From Felis catus (Eukaryota): a stretch of DNA of 64,000 bases. The notes under the pieces are model-generated. The model was not told the origin of the DNA, did not search any database, and saw nothing but the letters and a program-made list of their open reading frames with translations. The stretch lies in the NCBI RefSeq assembly GCF_018350175.1, contig NC_058369.1, positions 9,052,001 to 9,116,000 of the forward strand, given 5' to 3'. Of the stretch, positions 63,501 to 64,000 are shown piece after piece (the stretch's first letter is position 1; each line of letters begins with the position of its first letter). A program made the position numbers and the translations under genes.

Positions 63501-63614
63501 TGAACGCATTGCACAAAAGGCAAAAAATGATCATGTATCACAAGGGGAGGGGGAAGCAAGTAATATGAAGGCCAGCTCAATGCACCCAGTAGGATGGCCA
63601 TATTTCTAGAAATT

Positions 63615-64000
63615 GGGACCCTGTAAGCTGCTGGTGGGAATGCAAAATGGCGCAGCTACTGTGGAAAAGTTTGATGATTCTTCAAAAAGTTAAACAGTCA
63701 AAAAGTTGAGGGGCGCCTGGGTGGCTCAGTCGGTTAAGTGTCTGACTTGGGCTCAGGTCATGATCTCGCTGTCTGTGAGTTCGAGCCCCACATCGGGCTC
63801 TGTGCTGACAGCTCAGAGACTGGAGCCTGCTTTGGATTCTGCGTCTCCCTCTCTCTTTGCCCCTCCCCCACTTGTTCTCTGTCTCAGTCTCTCTCTCTCA
63901 AAAATAAATACACATTTTTTAAAAAGTTGAACAAGTGTTACCATGTGACCCAGCAATTCCACGCCTAGGTATAGACCCAAAAGAATTGAAAACAGGTATT
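63615..64000 (+). mobile_element. L1 fragment interrupted by a Can-SINE (about 63710-63910)
   Basis: L1 segments CTGCTGGTGGGAATGCAAAATGG and GACCCAGCAATTCCAC; the SINE is flanked by AAAAGTTGA repeats. Confidence 0.85.

Overview
Mammalian genomic DNA, most likely a felid or other feliform carnivore (abundant tRNA-derived Can-SINEs with the SINEC_Fc-type head GGGGCGCCTGGGTGGCTCAGTCGGTTAAGCG). Gene order matches the human 19p13 block: JUNB 3' part (+), PRDX2 (-), THSD8 (+), RNASEH2A (+), RTBDN (-), MAST1 (+), DNASE2 (-), KLF1 (-). I reconstructed exon structures by hand from GT-AG junctions and reading phase. All are intact except RTBDN, whose second coding exon has AT instead of AG at the homologous acceptor. 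Other items of note: (1) a second MAST1 N-terminus made of a distal CpG-island exon and a 32-nt microexon, MAST3-like; (2) a tandem pair of REST/RE1 sites between the RTBDN and MAST1 promoters; (3) THSD8, a small secreted TSP1 protein gene sharing a promoter with PRDX2, has no visible poly(A) signal and a possible splice into RNASEH2A; (4) SINE-driven triplication of the RNASEH2A poly(A) signal with a ~747-bp tandem duplication; (5) a 40-bp tandem repeat of nuclear-receptor half-sites; (6) read-sized N gaps that mostly sit on highly conserved sequence. No prokaryote-type system (CRISPR, operon) is present. I found no wholly new system; the candidates are lineage-specific variants and regulatory architectures of known genes. 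Comparisons with human or pig proteins are from memory and need alignment.
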